The position numbers were made by a program, and so were the translations under genes. The notes beneath the pieces are model-generated. The model had not been told where the DNA came from, did no database searches, and saw nothing but the letters and a program-made list of their open reading frames with translations. DNA of 64,000 nt from a candidate division WOR-3 bacterium (GTDB taxonomy: Bacteria > Hydrothermota > 32-111), in NCBI GenBank assembly GCA_039804105.1, contig JBDRZU010000002.1, positions 320,001 to 384,000 of the forward strand, given 5' to 3'. Positions 41,919 through 51,954 of this stretch are shown here, one piece after another. Positions within the stretch are counted from its first letter, which is position 1. Every line of letters starts with the position of its first letter.

Positions 41919-42932
41919 ATGAAAGGGATAATTTTATCAGGTTTTAGGCCAACAGGTAAAGTTCACATAGGAAATTTAAAAGGTGCTCTTGAAAACTGGG
42001 TGAATTTGCAGGATGAATATACCTGTTTTTTTGAGATTGCCGACTGGCATCTTTTAACAACATCCTATGATGATGTAAATTCCATACAGGAAAACATTTT
42101 CCAGATGGTTGTTGATTGGCTTGCAGCAGGGATCGATCCAAAAAAATCAACAATCTTTGTTCAATCATCAGTTAAAGAACATTCCGAACTTTATCTACTT
42201 TTTTCGATGATAACCCCATTATCATGGCTATACAGAAACCCAACATTAAAAGAACAGATAAGGGATCTTGAGATGACTTCTGAAAACAATTATGGACTTT
42301 TAGGATACCCAGTTTTACAGGCAGCTGATATTTTATGTTACAAGGCAACCGCTGTTCCTGTTGGGGAAGATCAACTTCCACATCTTGAACTCACGCGAGA
42401 GATCGCAAGAAGGTTTAACAATCTTTACAAAGAAATCTTTCCTGAACCAAAATCGTTGATCACACAATTTCCAAGGGTTTTAGGGATAGATGGTAAAAAA
42501 ATGTCAAAATCTTTAAACAACGCTATATACATTGCGGATTCTGAAGAAGAGATTAAAAGAAAGGTAAAACTTTCAATTACGGATACTACAAAGATAAGAA
42601 AAAATGATCCTGGACATCCTGATATCTGTAACATATTCTCCTACCATAAAATTTTTAATCTAACAGAAACAGAACAAATTAAAAACTCATGCGAAAAAGG
42701 CGATCTAGGTTGTGTTGATTGTAAAAATAGTTGTGCTGAAAAGATTATCGAATATTTAAAACCTTTACAGGAAAAAAGAAAAATCTTTGAAAGTGATCCA
42801 GATACAATTTATGATATATTGGAAAATGGCAGCAAAAAAGCACAAACGATAGCGAAAAAAACTTTAAATGAGGTCAATGAAAGTATGAATTTAATAATAA
42901 ACAGGAGGTTTTATGATAAAACTTCACTATAA
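41919..42932 (+). CDS. trpS: Tryptophan--tRNA ligase
   Basis: SGFRPTG, HIGN, YPVLQAADIL, GEDQ, KMSKS. Confidence 0.97.
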   Translation: MKGIILSGFRPTGKVHIGNLKGALENWVNLQDEYTCFFEIADWHLLTTSYDDVNSIQENIFQMVVDWLAAGIDPKKSTIFVQSSVKEHSELYLLFSMITPLSWLYRNPTLKEQIRDLEMTSENNYGLLGYPVLQAADILCYKATAVPVGEDQLPHLELTREIARRFNNLYKEIFPEPKSLITQFPRVLGIDGKKMSKSLNNAIYIADSEEEIKRKVKLSITDTTKIRKNDPGHPDICNIFSYHKIFNLTETEQIKNSCEKGDLGCVDCKNSCAEKIIEYLKPLQEKRKIFESDPDTIYDILENGSKKAQTIAKKTLNEVNESMNLIINRRFYDKTSL

Positions 42933-44046
42933 CTACAAAGATCTCTTCAGATGTACAAGATTGGGACTATCGATCAAAAAGATGTTCGTTATGTTGTCAG
43001 CGATTTCTCTTGGGGCTTTAGTCTATACAATTTTTAGTTATCTTGCCTTCATAACAAACGGAACATCTTTCAAAACAATATGGGAAACATATAAATTTAT
43101 CCCTGTACCGGTAATTGGTGTAACAACACTTGCATGGTATTCATGGTTAATCTGGATAATCGGAGTTGTTTTGTATTTTATATTTTTCATCTATGCACAA
43201 ACTGCTGTCACAAAGATCACTTTTGAGCAACTTAAAGGAAACGAATTCTATGAGATGAAAGAATCTTTAAAATACGCTTCCAAATTCTGGAAATCTTCTT
43301 TTCTCGCTCCCGTAACACTTTTAATACTAATCGTTTTCATGTTCATAGGTGCTTTCATTTTTGGTTTGATCGGAAGGATCCCATATTTCGGACCACTTTT
43401 CATAATACTTTTAATAGTTCCTATAATTTTTGGAGCGGTTTTTACAGTTTATCTGATAATAATTTTCTTTGTTTCACTTTTCATATCACCAGCGGTAGCT
43501 GGAACATCAAAATCTGATACTTTTGATACACTATTTGAAATATTCTCTCTCGTATGGGATCATCCATGGAGACTTGTGGTTTGGGGCGGCTTAGTTGGTA
43601 TAATGTCAACACTCGGGGGAGTGATACTTGGAATAATTTTAAAATATTCATTTGAACTCACAAGATGGGCACTATCCGTTTGGAACAATGGTTCATGGCT
43701 TAAAATTTGGTCAAACGGTTTTTATTTCCTTCCTCCAGTCCCCGCATACGATTTTGCTGAAAAAATCGCTTCATATACAACACCATTCCTTTTCTCAATA
43801 CATAACTTTACACCAGGTAACTGGGCAATAAATCTTTCTTCGTTCCTTTTTGGTATTCTACTTTATATTGCAGGTTTCACAGTAATTTCTTATATACTTG
43901 TTTGCTGGACTGCAGGATTAACAATAATGTATGTTAACCTTGTAAAAATGAAAGATGATGTTAACCTTCTTGAAGAAAAAGATGAAGAGTTTGACGAAAT
44001 AGAAGAAGAGGAAAAAGAGGAAAACAAAGAGGAGAAAAAAGAATAA
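42913..44046 (+). CDS. Hypothetical multi-pass membrane protein with acidic tail
   Basis: SD AGGAGG, multiple TM helices, Glu-rich C-terminus. Confidence 0.75.
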   Translation: MIKLHYNYKDLFRCTRLGLSIKKMFVMLSAISLGALVYTIFSYLAFITNGTSFKTIWETYKFIPVPVIGVTTLAWYSWLIWIIGVVLYFIFFIYAQTAVTKITFEQLKGNEFYEMKESLKYASKFWKSSFLAPVTLLILIVFMFIGAFIFGLIGRIPYFGPLFIILLIVPIIFGAVFTVYLIIIFFVSLFISPAVAGTSKSDTFDTLFEIFSLVWDHPWRLVVWGGLVGIMSTLGGVILGIILKYSFELTRWALSVWNNGSWLKIWSNGFYFLPPVPAYDFAEKIASYTTPFLFSIHNFTPGNWAINLSSFLFGILLYIAGFTVISYILVCWTAGLTIMYVNLVKMKDDVNLLEEKDEEFDEIEEEEKEENKEEKKE

Positions 44047-44073
44047 AAGGGAGTTTCTATACTCCCTTTTTTT
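44045..44073 (+). terminator. Rho-independent terminator
   Basis: AAAAGGGAGT-TTCTAT-ACTCCCTTTT followed by further T residues. Confidence 0.75.
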
Positions 44074-44087
44074 AAAAGGTGGTGAAT

Positions 44088-44783
44088 ATGGGTCTTTTAA
44101 TCTTTTTAATAATTGTTGGGGGACTAGGATTTACAGGATGGGCGATCTATACAAATAAAAAAAATGAAACACTTTCTGTTCCAGAAACTTTCAATATAAA
44201 TAAAAAACCAACAATGCCTCTTGGAACTGATACTTCTTTCTTTCTCACAAAAACTAAGGAACTTACAAACAAAAAAATTGAAAAGATTGGAGAATTTTCT
44301 CTCGATAATTTTCCTTTTAAAAATTATTATTCAGCATTCTTTTCTCCTGAAAAGAATGTGTTTATAATTCTTGGCCAGAATATACCCGATAATATACAAA
44401 AATTGTTCGGTATATCAGAGAAACCTTTTATGAGTGTTATATCGATTTTTACAGATGGTTCAGATCTTGAAACAACAACAAGGGAAAATAGTGATAAAGA
44501 GATCAAAAGTGAATTTAGAAGGGTTACAAAAATAGAAAATGTCCCTCTCGAACTTATTATAAATAAACATAAAGAAAATGTTGACAAGATAGAGGTCAAA
44601 GGGATTCATGAAGTTGCACTTGTAAAAGAAGATTTCTTCAAGTATTTTGAAAGGGGATTGAGAATAGATTTGGTTCATAAATCAACAAGAGGTTTTGTCA
44701 CAAAAGCGGATGTGGAAGAGATCTTAAAAAAACTTGATCTCAAACTTAAGGAAGTCGGTAAAAAGGAAGAAGAACGACCTTAA
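44088..44783 (+). CDS. Hypothetical protein with N-terminal TM anchor
   Basis: MGLLIFLIIVGGLGFTGWAIY after the SD-like AAGGTGGTG. Confidence 0.65.
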   Translation: MGLLIFLIIVGGLGFTGWAIYTNKKNETLSVPETFNINKKPTMPLGTDTSFFLTKTKELTNKKIEKIGEFSLDNFPFKNYYSAFFSPEKNVFIILGQNIPDNIQKLFGISEKPFMSVISIFTDGSDLETTTRENSDKEIKSEFRRVTKIENVPLELIINKHKENVDKIEVKGIHEVALVKEDFFKYFERGLRIDLVHKSTRGFVTKADVEEILKKLDLKLKEVGKKEEERP

Positions 44784-45135
44784 TTCTCCTCTTTCATCCT
44801 TTTCCAGTTGTCAAACAATCTTCTGATATGGGGGATTGTAATTGATCCTCCAATTATCAACGCTATATCAACAACTTCAACGAGTTCTTCATCAGTAACA
44901 TTTTCCTCAAAACATCTTATAAGATGATAGAGAATACAATCATCACATCTTAAAACGATCGATCCTACAAGCCCCATCAATTCCTTATATTTTGAAGGAA
45001 TTTTTCCTTCAGAATAAACTTGAGAATCAAGTGCAAAAAACCTTTTCGTTGATGTTGTTGAAAAATCCATAATTATTTTGTTTAACCTTTCCCTTTCTTT
45101 TCTGAACTCTTCAACATTTTTTTCTTTTCTTCCAT
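44780..45135 (-). CDS. Carboxymuconolactone decarboxylase/AhpD-like protein with an apparent frameshift near the start
   Basis: KYKELMGL, RCDDCILYH CxxC motif. The SD-led ATG at 45135 is out of frame with the body across an A7 run; the track start is 45070. Confidence 0.75.
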
Positions 45136-45142
45136 AAACACC

Positions 45143-46897
45143 TCATTTTATTTTTTTAAAAGTAAAAGTTCCATTTGGTTGTATAATATCAACATTTAAA
45201 ATCTTTTTACCTTTTTCATTGAATCTGACGAAGAAACCTTTAAGTTCTTTAAACTCAAAGTAGTTTTTACTTTTAGGAACTATTTTCATCGATTGCTGGT
45301 CTTTTAAATTCAAGGTTAAAAATTGATCTTTGGTTAACAATATTTTAAGTGTGTCGTTCTCAAATATATATTCTCCTTCAAACCTTTTTAAATAAGAAAT
45401 TGAAGAAAGATTCTCTTCTATCACCCTTTCAAATACTATATCATCCGTTAACGGTTCTATCGGAAAATAAAGTTTTGTTATGATACCATTTTTATCTGTT
45501 TCAAACGAAATTTTAGTATCCATCTCAAACATTCCATCAGATTTTGCTGTAAAAACATCATAATGAAAATGTGTTAATTTCATTTCCATTTCATTGAATT
45601 TAAGACTAAGTTTATTTTTTTTATATTCAACTTTTAATTTACCATAACCTTTGTTCTCATAAACTCCAGCATATTCTTTTAAAGGATGCGAAGGTTTTGT
45701 TTCCTTTTTTCCATATTCATTTTTTTTCGATTTACTCACATTCATATTTTCAAACTCTTTTAACCTATCACTCCATGGTGTGGGATCAAGTCCAAGCATC
45801 AATTCTGAAACAAACATTTCTACGAGAAAAGGAATATTGCTATTGTTCGAGTTTGTAAGCACAACCACACCAAAAGAATCTTCCGGGAATATTCCCATAT
45901 ATGCTGAAAAACCATCTATATTTCCCCCATGGAATATATGATATTTCCCTCTATAATATTCGATGAACCAACCCATACCATAGGTCCTAAAACTCCTTTC
46001 AGGATAATTTGATCTTTCAGAAACTATCATTTTTGGAGTTATCATTTTATCTATATAATCTGATGATAATATATCATAGCCCCTTCCCTTATTCAAAATA
46101 AAAATCAACCACTTTGACATATCGATAGCATTTGAATTTATCGTTCCAGCAGGACCCATAGCTGGAAACTCTCTGAAATTCATTTTAACAATTTTTTTAC
46201 CATCAAAATAGTATGGGTAAGCAAAATCATCCTCTTTTCTCATCACTTCTGTTGAAAAATTCGTTTTTTCCATCTTTAAAGGTTTCAAAATTTTTTCTTT
46301 AACAAAATTTTCCCAACTTTCTCCTGAAACTTTTTCAACAAGATATCCTGCAACAAGATACATATGGTTTTGGTATTGAAATTTTGTTCTTATCGAACAG
46401 TTTGGTTTCAAATATTTCAATCTTCCATATATATCCTCTCTTGAAAAATCTGAACCATACCACATAAAATCATGCCTTGGAAGACCTATTCTGTGAGTTA
46501 AAATATCAAGTGGTGTTGCAACCCTTTCCGATATCTCATCGTAGAGTTGAAAATCTGGTAAATAATCTTTCAAAGGTCTGTCAAAATCTATTTTACCCTC
46601 CTGTACAAGCATCGATATCGCTGTTGCTGTAAAAGATTTTGTACACGAACCTATTGCAAAAAGTGTATTCTCCGTTACTTCTTTTTTTTTCTCATAATCT
46701 GAATAACCATAACCTTTTGCATATATCAAAGAGTCCCTGTAAACTATTCCTATCGAAAGCCCTACCCCATTATGAATTGTTAACATTGAATCTATAAAAA
46801 GATCTATCTTTTCAAATTTTCCGGTAAAATCTTTAGAATAAGAAATCAGAAACAAGATTAGAGTTGATATAAAAATCAAACATTTTAAAAATTTCAT
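45143..46897 (-). CDS. Exported serine hydrolase (beta-lactamase/AmpC-like fold) with C-terminal DUF3471-like domains
   Basis: SxxK (SCTK), YQN, HGG motifs; signal peptide; YAGVYENKGYG. Confidence 0.85.
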   Translation of the reverse strand: MKFLKCLIFISTLILFLISYSKDFTGKFEKIDLFIDSMLTIHNGVGLSIGIVYRDSLIYAKGYGYSDYEKKKEVTENTLFAIGSCTKSFTATAISMLVQEGKIDFDRPLKDYLPDFQLYDEISERVATPLDILTHRIGLPRHDFMWYGSDFSREDIYGRLKYLKPNCSIRTKFQYQNHMYLVAGYLVEKVSGESWENFVKEKILKPLKMEKTNFSTEVMRKEDDFAYPYYFDGKKIVKMNFREFPAMGPAGTINSNAIDMSKWLIFILNKGRGYDILSSDYIDKMITPKMIVSERSNYPERSFRTYGMGWFIEYYRGKYHIFHGGNIDGFSAYMGIFPEDSFGVVVLTNSNNSNIPFLVEMFVSELMLGLDPTPWSDRLKEFENMNVSKSKKNEYGKKETKPSHPLKEYAGVYENKGYGKLKVEYKKNKLSLKFNEMEMKLTHFHYDVFTAKSDGMFEMDTKISFETDKNGIITKLYFPIEPLTDDIVFERVIEENLSSISYLKRFEGEYIFENDTLKILLTKDQFLTLNLKDQQSMKIVPKSKNYFEFKELKGFFVRFNEKGKKILNVDIIQPNGTFTFKKIK

Positions 46898-46998
46898 AAT
46901 CTTGCTCCCCTTGATAATTTTATAAATCATAGATTAACAATTTTTAAAGTCAACAAATATTTGGTTGAAATTGGTTTTATTTGTTATATAATTTTTTT

Positions 46999-47685
46999 AT
47001 GGAAAGATTCAAAATTGTGATTCTTGAAGATGAACAGGATATAAACGATCTGATCTCTATCCATTTGAAACAGAACAATTTTGACTTTGTTCAATTTTTT
47101 TCTGGAAGAGATTTTCTAAAATTTTTATCAAACAATAACACTTTCCATTTACTTATACTCGATCTCATGTTACCTGAAATAGATGGAATTGAAATTTTGA
47201 AAAGATTAAAAAATGATCCCTTATATAAAAACACTCCAGTTATCATTCTTACAGCAAAATCTGAAGAGAGCGATAAACTCGTTGGACTTGAACTTGGAAG
47301 TGACGATTATTTAACAAAACCTTTTTCGGTTAAGGAACTGATAGCAAGAATCAAGATTATACTTAAAAGATATTATTCTGAAAAAGATGAAAATGTTATT
47401 CGAATCGGAAAGGATATAGTTATAGATATAAACAGAGCTGAATGTCTGTACAAAAATAAACCTATTAATTTAACTTCAACTGAATTTAAAATTTTAACCA
47501 CACTTGCAAAAAGAAAAGGTTGGATCTTTTCAAGAGAAAAGATTTTGATGGCGATCTGGGGCAATGATAAAATAGTTACGAAAAGGAGTGTTGATGTTCA
47601 CATAAAAAGCATCAGGGACAAAATTGACAAAGAAGGAAAACATATCAAAAACATAAGAGGAATGGGATACAAAATTGAAGATTAA
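46999..47685 (+). CDS. OmpR/PhoB-family response regulator
   Basis: LEDE, ILDLMLPEIDG, GSDDYLTKPF, winged helix RSVDVHIKSIR, RGMGY; TATAAT 6 nt before the ATG. Confidence 0.92.
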   Translation: MERFKIVILEDEQDINDLISIHLKQNNFDFVQFFSGRDFLKFLSNNNTFHLLILDLMLPEIDGIEILKRLKNDPLYKNTPVIILTAKSEESDKLVGLELGSDDYLTKPFSVKELIARIKIILKRYYSEKDENVIRIGKDIVIDINRAECLYKNKPINLTSTEFKILTTLAKRKGWIFSREKILMAIWGNDKIVTKRSVDVHIKSIRDKIDKEGKHIKNIRGMGYKIED

Positions 47686-49387
47686 ACCTTTTTCCAAAGT
47701 CAAAGCGATAATTTATTTACTCATTTTCATCTTGATAGTAGTAAACTCTTTTTCATTCTATTTTACAAGCAAAATGATTAAAAGAACCTACATCTATTCA
47801 AATTCAAAAAACCTGGAATCTATCTCAAAACTACTTCTTGAAAATTTTAATGAATTTTTCAATGATTTAGACATTTTGAACCAGAAAGTGAAAGAAAAAA
47901 GTCAGGAAACTGGACTCAGGATAACGATTGTTGACAAAAACGGAAAGGTTATTGCTGATTCCCATGAGGACTATAGATTGATGGAAAACCATAAGGGAAG
48001 AATAGATATTGATGAAGCACTCGAAGGGAAAAATATAACTGTTGAAAGGTATAGTAAAACTTTAAAAAATAAGATGATATATTTTTCTATGCCAATAAAT
48101 GAAGAAAATGAAATCATCGGTGTTATAAGATTGAGTTCCTTTTCAAAGGATATAGACAGAATAATCTTTAATATTTTCCGAGATTATATTTTCGTTTTCG
48201 TTTTGAATCTTTTAATAATCTTTTCTATCTTTTACTTTTTAAACAAAAAAATAACCTACCCTTTAAATCTGATCTTAAAAAATCTTGAAAAATTTGGAAG
48301 GGGAGAATTCGATACTAAAATAATTTTAAAAGATGAGGATGAATTCAAAAAAATTGGAAAAACCTTTAACGATATGGTTGAGAGCATTAAAAATTTGATC
48401 ATGAATACCGAACAAAAAAATAGAGAATTCGAAACACTTTTGAAAACCATCGATGAGGGAATAATCATCGTTGATAACGAGTTCAACATTATCTATTCAA
48501 ACCAAAAGATCGAAAACCTTCTTTCCTCCAATCAGAAAAATTTGAAAAAAATAACCGATATTTTTTTAAACTATGATTTCATAAAGGCGTTGAAGGATTC
48601 ACAGAATCAAACAATAAAAATTGAAAGTGAATTAAATTCAAAAATTTTCCTTATCAACATATCTTTCATAAAAGAGGATAATAAATACATTTTAACATTC
48701 TTTGATATCTCTGATCTAAAAAATGTTGATCGGATGAGAAAAGATTTTATTTCAAACATTTCCCATGAGTTGAAAACTCCTTTGACAGCAATATATGGTT
48801 ATCTTGAAACTTTAGAAATGGAATATCAAGATATCAAATATGTCCCAATAATCAAAAAACATGTTGAAAGTATGAACAAACTCGTTGAAGAGATTTTAAC
48901 ATTATCATATCTTGAAACTTCACCAAAGATAAAAATTGAAAACTTCATTTTAAACGATTCTATAAAAAATGTTGTTAACACATTTTACGAAGAGATAAAC
49001 AAGAAAAAACTGCAATTCGATTTTATCTCTTCTGATGAGAAAATCCTTTTTTCTGGTGATAGAGAAAAGATCGAAAGGATGATAAAAAACCTTATAGAAA
49101 ATTCTATAAAGTATACAGACAAAGGTTACATTAAAATTCACCTTAACAAAAATGTTAAAAATATAAGAATCATTGTGGAAGATACGGGGATTGGTATTCC
49201 TGAAAAGGATAAGGAAAGAATATTTGAAAGATTCTATACTGTTGACAAATCAAGATCAAAGAAGTATGGCGGATTTGGACTCGGATTATCAATCGTAAAA
49301 CATATAGTCAAACTACATAATGGTAAAATCGAAGTTCAGAGTGAAGAAGGGAAAGGAACAAAAATAATTATAACCTTTGAAAGTTAA
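47675..49387 (+). CDS. PhoR-like sensor histidine kinase (HAMP, PAS)
   Basis: DFISNISHELKTPLT, FERFYTVDKSRS, GGFGLGLSIVKH. Confidence 0.9.
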   Translation: MKIKPFSKVKAIIYLLIFILIVVNSFSFYFTSKMIKRTYIYSNSKNLESISKLLLENFNEFFNDLDILNQKVKEKSQETGLRITIVDKNGKVIADSHEDYRLMENHKGRIDIDEALEGKNITVERYSKTLKNKMIYFSMPINEENEIIGVIRLSSFSKDIDRIIFNIFRDYIFVFVLNLLIIFSIFYFLNKKITYPLNLILKNLEKFGRGEFDTKIILKDEDEFKKIGKTFNDMVESIKNLIMNTEQKNREFETLLKTIDEGIIIVDNEFNIIYSNQKIENLLSSNQKNLKKITDIFLNYDFIKALKDSQNQTIKIESELNSKIFLINISFIKEDNKYILTFFDISDLKNVDRMRKDFISNISHELKTPLTAIYGYLETLEMEYQDIKYVPIIKKHVESMNKLVEEILTLSYLETSPKIKIENFILNDSIKNVVNTFYEEINKKKLQFDFISSDEKILFSGDREKIERMIKNLIENSIKYTDKGYIKIHLNKNVKNIRIIVEDTGIGIPEKDKERIFERFYTVDKSRSKKYGGFGLGLSIVKHIVKLHNGKIEVQSEEGKGTKIIITFES

Positions 49388-50241
49388 ACTTTTATTTTTT
49401 TTATAGTGTTCAAAAAAATTTTTCTGTTTGTTTTTGGAATCTTATTTTTTTGAGGGAATTTACCATTTTTCACATCTTTAGCATACCTGTTTAAAGCATC
49501 AGAAATTCTTTTTGAAATATTTTCATATCTTTTTATAAATCTTGGTGTGAACCTTGAATATAATCCAATTATATCATTTATAACAACGATCTGTCCATCA
49601 CTATCAACACCAGAACCAATAGAATAAACAGGAATTTTTAAATTTTCCTTTAAAAATTTTACAACAAGATCTGTTGTGTTTTCAACGATAACCATCAAAA
49701 CACCTGCTTTTTCAAGTTCAAAACCATCCTCTATTATTTTGGTTATCTCTTCCTCATCATTTCCAAGAATTGGATATCCTCCATATTTTTTGTAACTCTG
49801 TGGTTTCATTCCGATATGTCCACAGACAGGTATTCCAGCATCAACAACAGCTTTTATTCTATCGATTATCTCTTTTCCTCCCTCCATTTTAACAGCATCA
49901 GATCTTGTTTCCTTTAATGCTTTTCCACAATTTTTTATCGCTTCACTTTTTGAAATCTGGTATGTTAAAAAAGGCATATCGAATATCAGGTACTGTTTTT
50001 TTATTGCCTTCCTCACCGATTTTCCAAAAACGATCATCTCATCAAGTCCTATATCAAGAGTTGATGGATTACCCATCATTACCATAGATGCTGAATCTCC
50101 AACAAGTACAACATCAACAAGAGAATCGTTTACGACAGATGCTATTGAATAATCATAGGCAGTCACAAGGACTGCCTTCTCATTGTTTTTCTTTTTTCTT
50201 AAAAGTTCTTTATAGGTTATCTTTCCCAGTTTATTCTTCAA
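49384..50241 (-). CDS. panB: 3-methyl-2-oxobutanoate hydroxymethyltransferase
   Basis: TAYD, LVGDS, DMPF, VKMEGG, GHIG, DGQ. Confidence 0.95.
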   Translation of the reverse strand: MKNKLGKITYKELLRKKKNNEKAVLVTAYDYSIASVVNDSLVDVVLVGDSASMVMMGNPSTLDIGLDEMIVFGKSVRKAIKKQYLIFDMPFLTYQISKSEAIKNCGKALKETRSDAVKMEGGKEIIDRIKAVVDAGIPVCGHIGMKPQSYKKYGGYPILGNDEEEITKIIEDGFELEKAGVLMVIVENTTDLVVKFLKENLKIPVYSIGSGVDSDGQIVVINDIIGLYSRFTPRFIKRYENISKRISDALNRYAKDVKNGKFPQKNKIPKTNRKIFLNTIKKIKV

Positions 50242-51676
50242 TTATTATTATCTCCTCTTCACCTTTTACAGTATCTTTGGGAGTTGTATCCTTCTTTTCT
50301 TCCTCAATTATAAAAGTGGCCTCTTCTTTTTTCTCTTTAGTTGGAGTTTGTTGATTTGGAGTTTCAACCTTGTTTTCAACCACTGGCTTTTCCTCTTTTA
50401 CAACAGGCTGAGGTGTTATTTGTTTCTGTTCAACAACTGGAACAACCTGCTCCTCTTTAACCTCTTCTATAACCGGTTCAGGTGTTACAACCTGTTCTTT
50501 TACTTCCTCTTTTATAACATTCGTTTCACCGGTTATATTCATGAGTTCACCATATTTTTTCATAAGATATTCTGTCTTATTCCTATATGAAAGTTTTATC
50601 TCTTCGTATGGTTTTATATCTATATTTCCTTTTATTGAAATAATCGTTGCTGTTGAATATTTTTCATAAGGAACGAGAACCTGCAAAGCCCCTGCTGCAA
50701 AATATTTTCCTGTTTTGTCCTTTCTAACGACTGTAAAAACATCTCCTGTATTGATTCCATCGTTTTTACCAAGGTTTATAAAAACTATTGTGAATTCATT
50801 CGTTCTTGTTTTAGGATTTTCAGTTCCTATGAGTGACCCATAGATATCCTCTGAAACCTTCAAATAGGAAGAGTTTGGATTTATCTGTGGTTCCTCATAT
50901 GTTGAAACAAAATCACCTTTGTTGATCTCATCGTATGATGCTGTTATCGTTCCATAGGCAAAATTGTTTTCATAACCATCTATTCGAACTTTTCCAATTA
51001 TTCTGACATGTTTTCCAAGATTTTCACCACTTTTATTATCCTTTACTTTATTGTTCCATTTAAATATTATCAGTTCCTTTCCTATCAAATTCTTATTTTC
51101 CGAATTCAATTTTAAATAAACTTTTTCATTTGTAACCATCTGATAAGAATTTTTATATAATCCATCTATCTTTCCGATCTGAGGATTCTGTAAAGAAAGG
51201 TATCCCGCTTTAAAAGCCAATTTTTTTGCAACAGCATATTCAACCGCATTTTTTATAGTATAACTTTTTGTTCTTTCAATCTTTTTAATATCTTCCCTTA
51301 TCTGTTTCACTTTACCTATCTGTTCGTCCATTCCCATTGAAGTTGTATATTCCATCTCTTTTTCCTGAATCTCTTTTTCGAAACCTATTTCTTCCTCTTT
51401 TTTTGTTATCTCTTTCTCCTCAACAGGTTGTTCTTGCAAAGTTGCATCGGCAGCAACATCAGGTATAACAAACTCTTGACCTGGATATATCCAGTGAGGA
51501 TCTTTAATCTTTTCTATATTTGCATTGTAAATATTTCTCCAGATAAATGGATTATTGTAATAATAACCAGCAAGATCCCATAAAGTATCTCCCTTTTTAA
51601 CAACATGGATCTTTTGTCCGAAAACTGCAAGGGATAACATTATGGCTATCAATAAGAGGAATAACCACTTCTTCAC
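50231..51676 (-). CDS. Exported LysM peptidoglycan-binding protein with low-complexity Glu/Pro/Val tail
   Basis: Signal peptide, HVVKKGDTLWDLA...IKDPHWIYPGQ. Confidence 0.85.
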   Translation of the reverse strand: MKKWLFLLLIAIMLSLAVFGQKIHVVKKGDTLWDLAGYYYNNPFIWRNIYNANIEKIKDPHWIYPGQEFVIPDVAADATLQEQPVEEKEITKKEEEIGFEKEIQEKEMEYTTSMGMDEQIGKVKQIREDIKKIERTKSYTIKNAVEYAVAKKLAFKAGYLSLQNPQIGKIDGLYKNSYQMVTNEKVYLKLNSENKNLIGKELIIFKWNNKVKDNKSGENLGKHVRIIGKVRIDGYENNFAYGTITASYDEINKGDFVSTYEEPQINPNSSYLKVSEDIYGSLIGTENPKTRTNEFTIVFINLGKNDGINTGDVFTVVRKDKTGKYFAAGALQVLVPYEKYSTATIISIKGNIDIKPYEEIKLSYRNKTEYLMKKYGELMNITGETNVIKEEVKEQVVTPEPVIEEVKEEQVVPVVEQKQITPQPVVKEEKPVVENKVETPNQQTPTKEKKEEATFIIEEEKKDTTPKDTVKGEEEIIIIEE

Positions 51677-51954
51677 TTCTCCTCCTTTTTAGATTGATTT
51701 TTAACCTGAATGAACTGGTATTTCAAAATACCTAAAATTTCATCGAACACTTTTTTTTCTTCAACAGTAAGTCCATTTTCCATTTTTTTATAAATGAACT
51801 CAAGGATATCGATAGAGTGTGAAACACTTTCAAGATCGAGTTTTGTTTCAACACCAGGTATCTCAACAAGTTTCATATTCGCAAGGGCTTGAATATAGAA
51901 TGGATTTATAACATCCATAATCTCAATCTTTTTATTAGACAAGGTTCCCCCCAT
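51673..51954 (-). CDS. DUF1844-like small protein
   Basis: QALANM...SIDILEFI..K..NGLTVEE...LKYQFIQ pattern; start uncertain (51954 ATG or 51942 TTG). Confidence 0.6.
   Translation of the reverse strand: MGGTLSNKKIEIMDVINPFYIQALANMKLVEIPGVETKLDLESVSHSIDILEFIYKKMENGLTVEEKKVFDEILGILKYQFIQVKNQSKKEEK

Noticed and set aside
45143..46930. Beta-lactamase resistance gene
   Set aside because: The SxxK/YxN/HGG fold with C-terminal extra domains fits general serine peptidases/esterases; no mobile context.
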